This document shows positions 37,600 to 48,796 of a stretch of DNA of 64,000 nucleotides, piece by piece; position 1 is the first letter of the stretch, and each line of letters begins with the position of its first letter. The DNA is taken from the NCBI GenBank assembly GCA_963715575.1, contig OY970250.1, forward strand, positions 414,992-478,991. The letters run 5' to 3'. The DNA is from an uncultured Actinomycetes bacterium. GTDB lineage: Bacteria; Actinomycetota; Thermoleophilia; Gaiellales; Gaiellaceae. Made by a program: the position numbers and the translations under genes. The notes under the pieces are model-generated. The model worked only from the letters and a program-made list of their open reading frames with translations. It was not told the origin of the DNA and ran no database searches.

Positions 37600-39411
37600 A
37601 TGACCCACCGCGTCCTGCCGCCGACGCGCGTCCTTACGGTCATCGTCCCGGTCTGCGCTGCCGGCTTCGCCGTCGCGTGTGCCGCAGCGGCCTCATTCGC
37701 CGTCACACCGCACAAGGCCTCGACGATTCTCGGGCTCGCAGCACTGTTGAGTGCCTCGACGCTGGCCGACCGTTTCCCCGTCCCGGTCGAGGGGATCGAC
37801 ACTGGTGGGGTCTCGCTCTCGTTCGTCTTCGGCGTCGCTTCGATCGTGCTCTTCGGCTGGGCCGCGGGCCTGCTCGTCGTCTGCCTCGCGCCGGCGATCA
37901 CGCAGGTGCTCGAGCAGCGGCCGGCGATGCGGGTCGCCTACAACGTCTCGGTCGTGGCACTCGCCGCCACCGCCGCGGGTCTGGTCTCGGCGCCCCTGAA
38001 CGGTGAGGGCGCGAGCGGCGTGCTCGCTCGTGTCGGCGCGGCCGCCTCCGCCCAGTACGCGGTGAACCTGCTGCTGATCACCGCGGTCGTCGCCGTCAGC
38101 GCGCGCCGCTCGGTCTTCTCGCTGACGAAGACCAACATCCGCGTCACGATCGTCCCCTTCTCGCTGATGGCCTCCGCGGCGCTGATGCTGGTCGTGCTCT
38201 GGGAGCGCTCGCCGTTCCTCTCGGTCGCCCTCGTGGGGCCGCTGCTCGCGATCCAGCTCTACCAGCGCGCGATCGTCGGGGCGCTGCGCGCGATGCGCCT
38301 CGCCCTCACCGATCCGCTCACGGGCCTCGGCAATCACCGCCACTTCCATGAACGGCTCGAGCGGGAGCTACGGAACGCTCACGAGAAAAGTCTGCCGCTC
38401 ACCCTCTGCCTGGTCGACGTCGACGACTTCAAGCGGATCAACGACCGTTTCGGTCATCCCGCCGGCGACCGGGTGCTGTCGCGGCTCGCCTCCCGCCTGC
38501 GGCAGACGGGCGAGGCGTTCCGGCTCGGCGGCGACGAGTTCGCGCTGCTCCTCCCCGGCTACGACGAGAACAGCGCGCTCACCGCGGCGACGTCGGTCGT
38601 CGAGCGCATCGCGGCGCTGGAGCTCGAGCAGATCGGCTCCGTCACCGTCAGCGTGGGCGTCGCGACCTCGCCGGCGCACGCAGGCGACCGCGATGACCTC
38701 ATCCGCCTGGCCGACAGCGCGCTCTACTGGGCGAAGGAGTACGGCAAGAACCGCGTCCGCGCCTACCGGCCCGACGTGATCGAGCTCGCCGAGCTGAAGC
38801 GGCTCGCGAGCGGGCCCGACCGGGCCGCGCGCTTTCGGGCCGCGGCCAGCCTCGCCCGCGCCGTCGACGCCCGCGACGTCTACACCGGCAGCCACTCGCA
38901 GCGCGTCGCCGAGCTCGCCGCGCGGATGGCACGCCGCCTCGGGCTTCCGGACGAGGACGTCGAGCTGACGCGCCTCGCGGCCAGCCTGCACGACCTCGGC
39001 AAGCTCGCCATTCCGGAGGAGATTTTGCGCAAGCCCGGCCCGCTGACGGAGCCCGAGCGGATGGTGCTGGAACGCCACCCGCAGATCGGGTTCCGGATGC
39101 TGGAGAGCCTGGGCGTGGATCCGGTCGCCGAGTGGGTACTTCACCACCACGAGCGCTGGGACGGGAGCGGCTACCCGGACGGGCTGCCCGGCGACCGGAT
39201 CCCGCTCGGGGCACGGATCATCTTCGTCGCGGACGCCTACGACGCGATGACGTCGGAGCGGGTCTACCGCCGGCGGGTGCTCGCGGAGCAGGCGGTCGCC
39301 GAGCTGCGGCGTTGCGCCGGGACGCAGTTCGACCCGGAGATCGTCGACGCCCTGGCCGACGAGCTCGCCGCAAGCGAAGAGCCTCGCCGGGTGGCCGCGG
39401 TCGCCTCGTAG
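37600..39411 (+). CDS. Membrane-bound GGDEF + HD-GYP bifunctional c-di-GMP enzyme
   Basis: ATG 37600; ~7 TM N-terminus; DPLTGLGNHRHF, RLGGDEFALLL (GGDEF); HD-GYP: HSQRVAELA, LHDLGKLAIP, HHERWDGSGYPDG. Confidence 0.9.
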   Translation: MTHRVLPPTRVLTVIVPVCAAGFAVACAAAASFAVTPHKASTILGLAALLSASTLADRFPVPVEGIDTGGVSLSFVFGVASIVLFGWAAGLLVVCLAPAITQVLEQRPAMRVAYNVSVVALAATAAGLVSAPLNGEGASGVLARVGAAASAQYAVNLLLITAVVAVSARRSVFSLTKTNIRVTIVPFSLMASAALMLVVLWERSPFLSVALVGPLLAIQLYQRAIVGALRAMRLALTDPLTGLGNHRHFHERLERELRNAHEKSLPLTLCLVDVDDFKRINDRFGHPAGDRVLSRLASRLRQTGEAFRLGGDEFALLLPGYDENSALTAATSVVERIAALELEQIGSVTVSVGVATSPAHAGDRDDLIRLADSALYWAKEYGKNRVRAYRPDVIELAELKRLASGPDRAARFRAAASLARAVDARDVYTGSHSQRVAELAARMARRLGLPDEDVELTRLAASLHDLGKLAIPEEILRKPGPLTEPERMVLERHPQIGFRMLESLGVDPVAEWVLHHHERWDGSGYPDGLPGDRIPLGARIIFVADAYDAMTSERVYRRRVLAEQAVAELRRCAGTQFDPEIVDALADELAASEEPRRVAAVAS

Positions 39412-39514
39412 GCGTCACACATTCGTCACGGCCCGGCACAGACACGCGCAGGGTTCGCCGATACGCTCGCCTCGGGGAGGAGGCCGGGCGAACCGTAGTT
39501 AGGGACGAATCCGA

Positions 39515-41080
<1,566 letters not shown>

Positions 41081-41187
41081 GGCGGCGAATGTACCGCCTC
41101 CCTCGAACGGGTGCCGCCAAGATCCCCTCGCCGGGGGACTCGGATCCCCCTCGAAGCGCCTTTAGTACGTGGGCGGAACTGCGGCTT

Positions 41188-42393
41188 ATGAGCAACGAGA
41201 TGCGGCGAACACCCCCTGATCGGACCAATCGGCTACCGGCGCCTCGCGCCGTGCTCGTGCCGCGGTCCCGGCTCGCCCCGCTCGCGATCGCGCTGCCACT
41301 CGTGCTGGGCCTCTGGCTGACGATCGGGCTGCCGATCCTTGCCGAAGTCTCAGGCACCGCGGGGGGCGGCGGCTCGATGCGCGACTTCCTCTTCGGGGCG
41401 GCGGCCGCGAGCGGGTCCCCCGGCTCGGGAGGAGACACGCGCGACCCGGGAGCTGGCACCGTCGCTGCCGCGGTCGTCGATCCGAGGATCGTGCGCGAAG
41501 TACGCCTGGAGCGGATCCGCGAGCGGGCCATCCTCTACGTCACCCAGCGTCGGCGAAACGGAGAGCACAAGCCCAGCCCGGGTCGCAACGTCCACAACCC
41601 GCTGCCGCAGCACGACCGCAACTTCGATCCCTCGACCTCTCCGTTGAGCGCTCCGCCTCCCGCACCGCCGCCTCCCCGTCCCCCGGTCCCACTTCCGTCG
41701 CCGGCGCCCGTCCCGCCGCCGCCTCCCGTCCCCGATCTGCCTCCGCCTCCGCCTGCGCCGGTTCCTCCGCCGCCGCCTCCTCCGCCCCCGCCCCCGGTCT
41801 CGCCTCCTCCGCCACCGCCGCCGCCTCCTCCTCCGCCGGTTCCTCCGCCTCCGCCTCCGCCGGTTTCTCCGCCTCCTCCGCCACCGCCGCCGCCGCCTCC
41901 TCCGCCTCCTCCGCCACCGCCGCCGCTTCCTCCGTCCCCTCCGACCTTCCCGCCGACTACGCTGCCGGCGCCCGCCGACGTGCAGACGGTCGACGCCGGG
42001 CTGAGCGGCAAGCCGGAGGCAGGTGACGTGGTCGTCCTCACGTACGGCGGTGCGGTGAACCCCGACTTGATCCTCTCGGGCTGGGACGGCTCGACGACCA
42101 CCGTGACCGCCCACATCGACACGTACAACTCCGACGACTGGCTCTACTTCATGGACGCTGCCGACAGCACGTGGTTGTCCGGCCTCGGCGGCGTCGACCT
42201 GGTCGGCGACTACGCGAACCCAGCCGGGGCGACCTTCACGAACTCGCTAATGACCCTCGCGGGGAGCACGGTCACGATCGTGCTCGGCACCGCCTCCAAC
42301 CACATCTTCCGCGATACGTCCGCTCAGGACATGGTCTGGTGGACGTACCACGGCAACGTCGGCGAGTCGGGCCTCTCGGACCAGAACTTCTGA
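41188..42393 (+). CDS. Membrane-anchored protein with ~110-residue near-pure poly-proline region and C-terminal beta-rich domain
   Basis: ATG 41188 (MSNEMRRTPPDR...), TM LAIALPLVLGLWLTIGLPIL, then SAPPPAPPPPRPP...PPPPPPPPPPPPPPPPPPPLPPSPP, then a ~140-aa domain (VVVLTYGGAVNPDLILSGWDGSTTTVTAHID...). No family recognised. Confidence 0.65.
   Translation: MSNEMRRTPPDRTNRLPAPRAVLVPRSRLAPLAIALPLVLGLWLTIGLPILAEVSGTAGGGGSMRDFLFGAAAASGSPGSGGDTRDPGAGTVAAAVVDPRIVREVRLERIRERAILYVTQRRRNGEHKPSPGRNVHNPLPQHDRNFDPSTSPLSAPPPAPPPPRPPVPLPSPAPVPPPPPVPDLPPPPPAPVPPPPPPPPPPPVSPPPPPPPPPPPPVPPPPPPPVSPPPPPPPPPPPPPPPPPPPLPPSPPTFPPTTLPAPADVQTVDAGLSGKPEAGDVVVLTYGGAVNPDLILSGWDGSTTTVTAHIDTYNSDDWLYFMDAADSTWLSGLGGVDLVGDYANPAGATFTNSLMTLAGSTVTIVLGTASNHIFRDTSAQDMVWWTYHGNVGESGLSDQNF
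41650..41975 (+). repeat. Low-complexity CCG/CCT-rich tract encoding the poly-proline region (C-rich on plus strand, G-rich on minus)
   Basis: Read directly. All six frames are open here, which explains several shadow ORFs in the track (Gly-, Arg- and Ala-rich). Confidence 0.9.
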
Positions 42394-42442
42394 CCCTCGT
42401 TCTCGGCTCAAGTAAGCCGGTTTCGAGGCCGATAAGAGACCG

Positions 42443-43873
42443 ATGAGCTCTGCGGCCACACCTACGGCCGCCGAACAGCAGCATGCGGCTCCGCGCCGCC
42501 GGCGGCAGACGAAGCCTCCGGTCACGCGGCGCTCCGCGATCCAGCTCTTGATCGGCGTCCTGATCGTCGGCGCGATCCCGATCTTCTCGACCGTCCGGAT
42601 CCTGCAGGCAAACGCGCTGCGCAACGAGCAGGCCCGGGCGGATTCCGTGCTCGGCGACCAGCTTCAGAACGGGCTGCGCGAGCTGGGCCGCCTTGGCGAC
42701 AACGCTTCCACGACGGCGCACGACCTCGCGGGTTCGCCGGTCGTCCAGCGGGCCGTCATCACCCACGACCGCGCGACTCTGCGCCGGGTGGCCGGGCGCG
42801 CTCCTGGACTGGCGATCTACCTCGGCTCGAAGCGGGTCGCGAGCGGCAATCCCGGACCGGGCGTCCAGCGCGCGATCTGGCTCACGGTCAACGGTGTCCG
42901 CGCGGCGAAGATCGTCGCGAGCGTCCCGCTCGGCCCCGGCATGTCAGCGCGCCTCACCCAGGACGCGCCGCACGGGCGCGGAGACAGGCTCGTCCTGACG
43001 AAGCGAGGCCGCGTGCTAGGCGGAGGCGTCTTCACGACGAAGGGCAGAATCGTGCGGCTGGGCGGCGTCGACTACCGCGGGCTGCCGGCGCTGGTGCCCG
43101 ACGCGAACGGCATCCGCCTGATCGCTCTCCGGCCCAAGCACGTGATCGACGCGAACGTCGCTCCCTACCAGGCCCGGGTGCGCTACGCGGCGCTCGGATC
43201 GTTCTCGCTGCTGATCCTGGTCGCGCTCCTGTTCGCCGGCCCGATCATGCGCCTCCTCGGCGATTTCCGGCGAGTAGCCTCTCAGGCCACGACCGACAGC
43301 CTCACCGGCCTTGCAAACCGGCGCACGCTCGACGAGGAGCTCGTGCTCGAGTGGCGCCGCGCGGACCGCGTCGGCGACTCGCTCGCGTTCGTCCTGCTCG
43401 ACCTCGACGACTTCAAGCAGGTCAACGACACCCATGGCCATCAAGCCGGCGACGCAGTCCTGCGCGCGGTCGGCGAGGTGCTGCTCGGCGGTGTCCGCCA
43501 GGTCGACCTCGCCTGCCGATACGGCGGCGAGGAGTTCGCGCTGATCCTCCCTGAGACCGACCTCCCCGGCGCGCTCAAGCTCGCGCAGCGCTTGAGGGTC
43601 GCGCTCGAGAAGACCCCGATCGAGGTTGCAGCAGGCAAGACGCTGCAGGTGACGGCGAGCTTCGGGGTCGCGCTGAAGGACGAGCTGCCCTCCGCGGACG
43701 AGCTCGTCGCCGTCGCCGACGAGGCGCTGTACGCGGCCAAGCGAGCCGGCAAGAACCGCGTCATGCCGGACCCCGCGAACGGGTGCGAAGAGCCCACGAA
43801 GCCGGAGCGCCGCAAGCCCAAGAAGGCTGTCGCTCCGCGGACGCGCACAACACGGGCCAAGGGCGAGATCTAA
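42443..43873 (+). CDS. Diguanylate cyclase (GGDEF) with two TM segments flanking an extracytoplasmic sensor region
   Basis: TM IQLLIGVLIVGAIPIF and LGSFSLLILVALLFAGPI; DSLTGLANRRTL, LDLDDFKQVNDTHGH, RYGGEEFALILP; basic K/R-rich tail. Confidence 0.9.
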   Translation: MSSAATPTAAEQQHAAPRRRRQTKPPVTRRSAIQLLIGVLIVGAIPIFSTVRILQANALRNEQARADSVLGDQLQNGLRELGRLGDNASTTAHDLAGSPVVQRAVITHDRATLRRVAGRAPGLAIYLGSKRVASGNPGPGVQRAIWLTVNGVRAAKIVASVPLGPGMSARLTQDAPHGRGDRLVLTKRGRVLGGGVFTTKGRIVRLGGVDYRGLPALVPDANGIRLIALRPKHVIDANVAPYQARVRYAALGSFSLLILVALLFAGPIMRLLGDFRRVASQATTDSLTGLANRRTLDEELVLEWRRADRVGDSLAFVLLDLDDFKQVNDTHGHQAGDAVLRAVGEVLLGGVRQVDLACRYGGEEFALILPETDLPGALKLAQRLRVALEKTPIEVAAGKTLQVTASFGVALKDELPSADELVAVADEALYAAKRAGKNRVMPDPANGCEEPTKPERRKPKKAVAPRTRTTRAKGEI

Positions 43874-43907
43874 CCCAGCTGAATCCGGCCGGACTAGACT
43901 CGTCGCC

Positions 43908-44864
43908 GTGGAGCCGCTCGACCGCGCGACGATCTGGCCCTACCGGGAGGGCGAGCCGGGCGAGCTGTACTACCAGCGCTACGCCCACCCGAACGCGCTC
44001 GCGGCCGAGGCCAAGCTCGGGGAGCTCGAGGGCGGCGAGGCGCTCGTCTTCCCCTCCGGCGCCGGTGCGACGACGGGGCTCGTGCTGGCCCTGCTGGAGC
44101 CGGGGCAGACGATAGCGCTCGCCGAGGGCGGCTACTACGGCACCGGCGTGCTCTTCGATGCGCTCGAGCGCTGGGGCGTGCGCAACGTGGAGTTCGACCA
44201 GACCGGCCCGCCGCCCGAGGGCGTCGATCTCGTCTGGCTCGAGGCGCCCTCAAACCCGTTCCTGACCATGCCGGATCTCGAGGCCGCCGCGGCCTCGCCG
44301 GCGCGGGTGGTGGTCGACTCGACCGCCGCGACGCCCGTCTACCTCCGCCCGCTCGAGCACGGAGCCGACTTCGCGCTCCACAGCGCGACGAAGTACCTCG
44401 GCGGCCATGACGACGTACTGCTGGGCGCGGTCGCCTGCGGCTCGGCCGAGGATGCCGAACGCCTGCGCCAGTTCCGCGGCCGCACCGGGATCGTCGCCGC
44501 GCCCGACCCCTGTTGGCTGCTCTCGCGCTCGCTGAAGACCCTCCGGGTGCGGATGGAGCGCCACACCGCCACCGCCACGGCGATCGCCGATCGGCTGAGC
44601 GACCACCCGGCGGTCGAGGTCGTCCGCTATCCCGGCTTCGGCGGCCTGCTCTCGTTCGACGTCGCCGACGGAGAGGCCGCTCGCAAGGTCGAGACCTCGC
44701 TCCGAACGATCGAGAACGCCACCAGCCTCGGAGGCGTCGAGTCGGTGCTGGAGTCGCGCACGCGCTGGGAAGGCGACCGCGTGCCGCCGGGGCTGCTGCG
44801 GCTGAGCGTCGGCCTCGAAGACGTGGACGAGCTCTGGGCCGACCTCGCGCAAGCCTTGGGTTGA
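43908..44864 (+). CDS. Cys/Met-metabolism PLP-dependent enzyme (cystathionine gamma-synthase/lyase family, short 318-aa form)
   Basis: YQRYAHPN, VFPSGAGAT, LEAPSNP, HSATKYLGGHDD (PLP Lys), ATSLGGVESV, LLRLSVGLED. Confidence 0.85.
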   Translation: MEPLDRATIWPYREGEPGELYYQRYAHPNALAAEAKLGELEGGEALVFPSGAGATTGLVLALLEPGQTIALAEGGYYGTGVLFDALERWGVRNVEFDQTGPPPEGVDLVWLEAPSNPFLTMPDLEAAAASPARVVVDSTAATPVYLRPLEHGADFALHSATKYLGGHDDVLLGAVACGSAEDAERLRQFRGRTGIVAAPDPCWLLSRSLKTLRVRMERHTATATAIADRLSDHPAVEVVRYPGFGGLLSFDVADGEAARKVETSLRTIENATSLGGVESVLESRTRWEGDRVPPGLLRLSVGLEDVDELWADLAQALG

Positions 44865-46122
44865 GCACCTACGTCTTCTTTCCCGAGGCGCCTTCGGCCC
44901 GACGAACAACTGCGTCGGGATCGGCCGCGTCCTGCTCGAGCGCGGCGAGCGGATCGTGTTCGTGATCGAGGAATCGTTCGCCGGCACGCTCGAGGTGCAG
45001 GGCTTCGAGGAGGCGCTGATGCGCCTCAAGCCCGCACCCGAGGTCGAGGAGGCTCCGGGCCAGTTCTGGAAGGACTTCGTCCGCGACACGGCGCCCGAGT
45101 TCCGCAAGCCGACGATCGACCAGCTCGAGAGCTTCGTGCTCCCCGTGTGGCAGGAGCTCGTCGACGGCGCTCGCTACGTGGACGAGCGGCTCGCCGAGAT
45201 CTTCGGCGAGCTCGAGCCGGACGTGATCGTCCAGGACAACGTGGTCGGCTTCCCGGCCGTGCTCGCCTCGGGCCGGCCATGGGTGCGAATCGTCTCCTGC
45301 AATCCGCTCGAGCTGAAGGACCCGGCGCTGCCGCCGGTCTTCTCCGGCTACCGCACCGGCGACCGGGTAGGCTGGGACGAGTTCCGCGAGCGCTACCGCC
45401 AGCTGCACGAACCCCTGCAGCGCGACTTCTCGGCGTTCTGCGAGGAGCGCGGTGCGCCGCCGCTGCCGGAGCTCGAGTTCGTTCACGAGTCGCCGTGGCT
45501 GAACCTCTACCTCTACCCCGCCGAGGCCGACTACGAGCGCTCCCGGCCGCTCGGGGAGCGCTGGCACCGGCTCGACTCCTGCGTGCGCTCGGTGAACGAG
45601 CCGTTCGAGCCGCCTCCCGGCGACGATGCGCTTGCGTACGTCAGCCTCGGCAGCCTGGGTTCGGCCGACGTCGAGCTGATGAACCGCCTTGTCGCCGCGC
45701 TCGCCGAGACGCCGCACCGCTACGTCGTCAGCAAGGGCCCGCAGCACGAGTCGATCGAGCTCGCGCCGAATATGACCGGCGCCGAGTTCCTGCCGCAGCC
45801 GGCGATCCTGCCGCAGGTCGACCTCGTGATCACGCACGGCGGCAACAACACGGTCACCGAGTCGATCCACTTCGGCAAGCCGATGGTCGTGCTGCCGCTC
45901 TTCTGGGACCAGCACGACAACGCGCAGCGCATGACCGAGCGCGGCTTTGGCGTGCGGCTGCCGACCTACGAGTTCGAGGACGCGCAGCTGCATGAGGCGA
46001 TCGACCGCCTGCTCTCGACGCCGAACGCTGGGCTGGCGGAGGGGTCACTGCGGCTCCAGTCGCAACCCGGCACGGTTCGCGCCGCCGGCCTGATCGAAGA
46101 GGTGGGCGGCGCGCACCCGTAG
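44861..46122 (+). pseudogene. GT1 (GT-B fold, MGT/UDP-glycosyltransferase-like) glycosyltransferase; N-terminus split across two frames near 44887
   Basis: Track ORF starts at GTG 44956, but its frame upstream reads ...GAFGPTNNCVGIGRVLLERGERIVF with no start codon. Another frame gives TTG(44861)-STYVFFPEA, with TTGA overlap on the upstream stop. C-terminal VITHGGNNTVTESIHFGKPMVVLPLFWDQHDNA donor-binding motif. Confidence 0.7.
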
Positions 46123-46133
46123 CGCGCGCCGCC
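46105..46133. terminator. Perfect 10-bp GC hairpin (GGCGGCGCGC-9 nt-GCGCGCCGCC) between convergent genes
   Basis: Read directly. Spans the glycosyltransferase stop codon and lies 13 nt from the convergent gene's stop. No U-tract. Confidence 0.35.
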
Positions 46134-46145
46134 CGTTGCGCGCCG

Positions 46146-47216
46146 TCAGCCCACTTGAATCCGGCCGAAGAGGCCGTCCGCCTCGTCGTTCGGGCCGGCA
46201 GTGAAGAAGAGCGTCCCCGCAGTGCCGTTGCTGCCGCCCTGCGCGAACTGGAGTGCCCAGAGGCCGTCGATCTCGAGCGGCCTGTTGTCGGCGCCGCGCA
46301 GCTTGCCGTCGTGCACGAACGTGTTCGGCGACGCCTCGCGGTACGCGTTGATGTGACCGTCACCGAAGTTCCCGACGAGCAGGTCACCGGCGAACGTGCC
46401 GAAGGACGCCGACGCCATCGCCAGGCCCCACGGCGCGTTCAGCTGGCCGTGACCGTCGATCCCGCCGAGCAGGTTCCCTGACAGGTCGTAGACGTCGACG
46501 AGCCCGCGGCCCTGGCCCGCCTCCTCGTCCTCCGCGTCCTGGTCCTGCCTGGCGTAGGCGACGAAGACGCGGTTCCCGATCACCTGCACGTTGAACGGTG
46601 CGAAGTGCTTGTGCAGTGACGGGTCGACGAAGCCGGTGTTCTTGAGGAGCTTGAAGTTGCTGTCGAACACGTCGATCTTGTTGTTGTGGAAGTCGGCCGC
46701 GAAGACCTCCGGCCCGCTAGGCGCGGTCGCGATCGCCAGGCCCTTGTAGATCGCGCCGGTGGCGGACTGGTCGCCGTCACCGACAATGATCGCGGTGGTG
46801 CCCTGCGAACCGTTCCAGGCGCGGACGATTCCGTCCTCGCCGTCGAATAGGAACAGCGCCTTTCCGCCGGTCGGCAGGTTGAAGCCGGCGGTGGTGTTGA
46901 ACACTGTCCCGGTCGGTCCGCCGGCCACCGAGACGATCAGGCCCTGCTTCACCCCGGCGGAGTTGTACAGCGTCGACTTGTTGGTGCCGTTGTCGGAGAC
47001 CCACCACGGCGACGTCGCGCTTGAGGTCAGGCCCCACGCGTTTTGCAGATCCGGGTCGGTCAACGGTGCCAGAGTCGGCTGGTTCGAGACCAGCGGCACG
47101 ACCGTGTACGTGGTCGGCTTCGCGGCACCGAGCGGCGCGGCGAGTACTAGCGCCGCGCCCAGCACGAGCAGCCCAAGGATGGCCCTCGTGCGCGTGGTCA
47201 GACGAGCAATTCTCAT
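46146..47216 (-). CDS. Secreted beta-propeller-like protein (TIGR03118-like / NHL-like)
   Basis: ATG 47214-47216 with AAAGGAG 7 nt upstream; signal peptide; LVSNQPTLAPLTDPDLQNAWGLTSSATSPWWVSDNGTNKSTLY; FFTAGPNDEADGLFGRI. Family name is from memory of that motif. Confidence 0.7.
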   Translation of the reverse strand: MRIARLTTRTRAILGLLVLGAALVLAAPLGAAKPTTYTVVPLVSNQPTLAPLTDPDLQNAWGLTSSATSPWWVSDNGTNKSTLYNSAGVKQGLIVSVAGGPTGTVFNTTAGFNLPTGGKALFLFDGEDGIVRAWNGSQGTTAIIVGDGDQSATGAIYKGLAIATAPSGPEVFAADFHNNKIDVFDSNFKLLKNTGFVDPSLHKHFAPFNVQVIGNRVFVAYARQDQDAEDEEAGQGRGLVDVYDLSGNLLGGIDGHGQLNAPWGLAMASASFGTFAGDLLVGNFGDGHINAYREASPNTFVHDGKLRGADNRPLEIDGLWALQFAQGGSNGTAGTLFFTAGPNDEADGLFGRIQVG

Positions 47217-47283
47217 CCCCGCTCCTTTCACTCGAACCCTTCAAGTGCGTACCGAGGGAGCGGCGGATCGGTTTTCTGCGAGA

Positions 47284-47356
47284 GCCGGAGGTGGGATTCG
47301 AACCCACGACCTACGCCTTACAAGGGCGTTGCTCTGACCAGCTGAGCTACTCCGGC
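47284..47356 (-). tRNA. tRNA-Thr (anticodon TGT)
   Basis: GCCGGAG TA GCTC AGCTGGTCA GAGC A ACGCC CTTGTAA GGCGT AGGTC GTGGG TTCGAAT CCCAC CTCCGGC T on minus strand. 8 nt downstream of the clpP stop. Confidence 0.9.
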
Positions 47357-47363
47357 ACTGCGC

Positions 47364-47963
47364 TCAGCCTAGCGCCGGCCGGCCCTGGAGGACCTCGTCG
47401 ATCAGGCCGTACTCGACCGCCTCCGACGCGGTCATGAAGTGGTCGCGGTCGGTGTCGGCGGCGACGCGATCGAGTGGCTGACCGCTGTGGTCGGCCAGGA
47501 TCTGCTCGACGCGCTTCTTCAGGTCGAGCACCTCGCGGGCGCGGATCTCGACGTCGGAGGCCTGGCCGCCGAACTGGCCGGTCCAGACCTGGTGGATCAG
47601 GATCTTCGCGTTCGGCAGCGCGCTGCGCTTGCCCTTCGTGCCCGCGGCGAGCAGGACCGAGCCCATCGACATCGCCGTGCCCACGCAGATCGTGCGGATG
47701 TCCGGCTTGACGAAGGTCATCGTGTCGTAGATCGCGAGGCCCGCGTAGACGTCGCCGCCGGGCGAGTTCACGTACACGGAGATGTCCTTGTCAGGGTCCT
47801 CTGACTCCAGGTGGAGAAGCTGCGCGACGACGAGGTTCGCCACCTCATCGTCGATCGCGCTCCCGACCATCACGATCCGGTCCTTGAGCAGGCGCGAGTA
47901 GATGTCGAACGAGCGCTCGCCGCGCGAGGTCTGCTCGACCACCATCGGCACGAGCGGGGTCAC
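47364..47963 (-). CDS. clpP: ATP-dependent Clp protease proteolytic subunit
   Basis: GTG 47961-47963 ([31 protein letters not shown]); INSPGG-like [19 protein letters not shown] (Ser), IHQ (His). GTGA overlap with the upstream gene. Confidence 0.95.
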   Translation of the reverse strand: MTPLVPMVVEQTSRGERSFDIYSRLLKDRIVMVGSAIDDEVANLVVAQLLHLESEDPDKDISVYVNSPGGDVYAGLAIYDTMTFVKPDIRTICVGTAMSMGSVLLAAGTKGKRSALPNAKILIHQVWTGQFGGQASDVEIRAREVLDLKKRVEQILADHSGQPLDRVAADTDRDHFMTASEAVEYGLIDEVLQGRPALG

Positions 47964-48400
47964 GCCGGCACCGCCGTCTCGACCGGCTCGAGCACATGCA
48001 CCGGGACGCCGTAGGTCTCGAGCCCCTCGGTTGGCTCGGTGACGGCGGCGGGCACAAAGATCTCGACCGGCCGCGCGCACGCGGCACGCCAGCCGTGCGT
48101 GCCCTCGACCGTCGCGCCCCAGAGCAGCACGCGCCCGAAGACACGCGACTCGGCGCCGACATCCAGGTAGTGCTCCCACGCGGCGAGCTCGCGGCCGGCG
48201 TGGATGCCGCACTCGCAGGACGGGCTCGGCGCCTCGTGCTCGTGCCGGAAGCAGCTCGCCCGGATCGGCTCGTCCACCGGCCAGCGGTCGCCGTAGAGCA
48301 CGCTCACGAGCAGGCCGTCCTCGACGCGCCAGACCTTCCAGCCGACCGCCGGTCGCAGCGCGTCCGCGGCCCACGCCCGCTCGAGCCGGCCGATCCTCAT
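47960..48400 (-). CDS. Cys/His-rich hypothetical protein (146 aa) translationally coupled to clpP
   Basis: ATG 48398-48400 (ATGA overlap with upstream stop). [21 protein letters not shown]...[19 protein letters not shown]...[25 protein letters not shown]. No family recognised. Confidence 0.65.
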   Translation of the reverse strand: MRIGRLERAWAADALRPAVGWKVWRVEDGLLVSVLYGDRWPVDEPIRASCFRHEHEAPSPSCECGIHAGRELAAWEHYLDVGAESRVFGRVLLWGATVEGTHGWRAACARPVEIFVPAAVTEPTEGLETYGVPVHVLEPVETAVPA

Positions 48401-48792
48401 TCCTCTTCGGCGAGCCACGCGAGGATCGCCTCGCGCGAGAACCGCCACTCCTCTCCCACCTTGCGCCCGGGCAGCTCGCGCCGCTCGGCCAGCTCGACGA
48501 CGAGCTCCTCCTCCACCTGCAGCAGGCCCGCGAGCTGGGCGGGCGTCAGGATCTCGAGCTCCTCTGCCGGCCGGAACGAATGCTGGCCCACGCCCCACTC
48601 GGCCCGCGCGCCGCCGAGGGCGCTGAGCATCGTGGGGTTGTCCGGATCGACGTACTGCGCGACCAGCCGTGTGATCAGCTCCCGCTTCGGCGCCCCGAGC
48701 GCGTCGGCGGCCCGGTTCAGCTTCGCCGCGTGCTCCGAAGGAATGCGGACGAACAGCGCCGTCTCGTCGGTCTGCTTCCGCGGCCTCGCCAT
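48397..48792 (-). CDS. DNA-binding protein: RHH-like N-terminus + excisionase/MerR-type HTH C-terminus
   Basis: ATG 48790-48792 (track TTG 48804 less likely). [33 protein letters not shown] (ribbon-helix-helix-like). [47 protein letters not shown] (HTH_17-like). Confidence 0.7.
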   Translation of the reverse strand: MARPRKQTDETALFVRIPSEHAAKLNRAADALGAPKRELITRLVAQYVDPDNPTMLSALGGARAEWGVGQHSFRPAEELEILTPAQLAGLLQVEEELVVELAERRELPGRKVGEEWRFSREAILAWLAEEE

Positions 48793-48796
48793 CGCG

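Noticed and set aside
41650-41975. Repetitive CCG/CCT tract considered as a CRISPR array, minisatellite or non-coding repeat
   Set aside because: There is no repeat-spacer periodicity. It is in frame with a TM-containing N-terminus and a structured C-terminal domain, so it is best explained as a coding poly-proline low-complexity region.
47284-47356. tRNA-Thr as an integration hotspot marking a genomic island (the neighbouring TIGR03118-like and GT genes)
   Set aside because: There is no integrase, no repeat of the tRNA 3' end, and no compositional shift visible by eye. The neighbours are ordinary secreted or enzyme genes.
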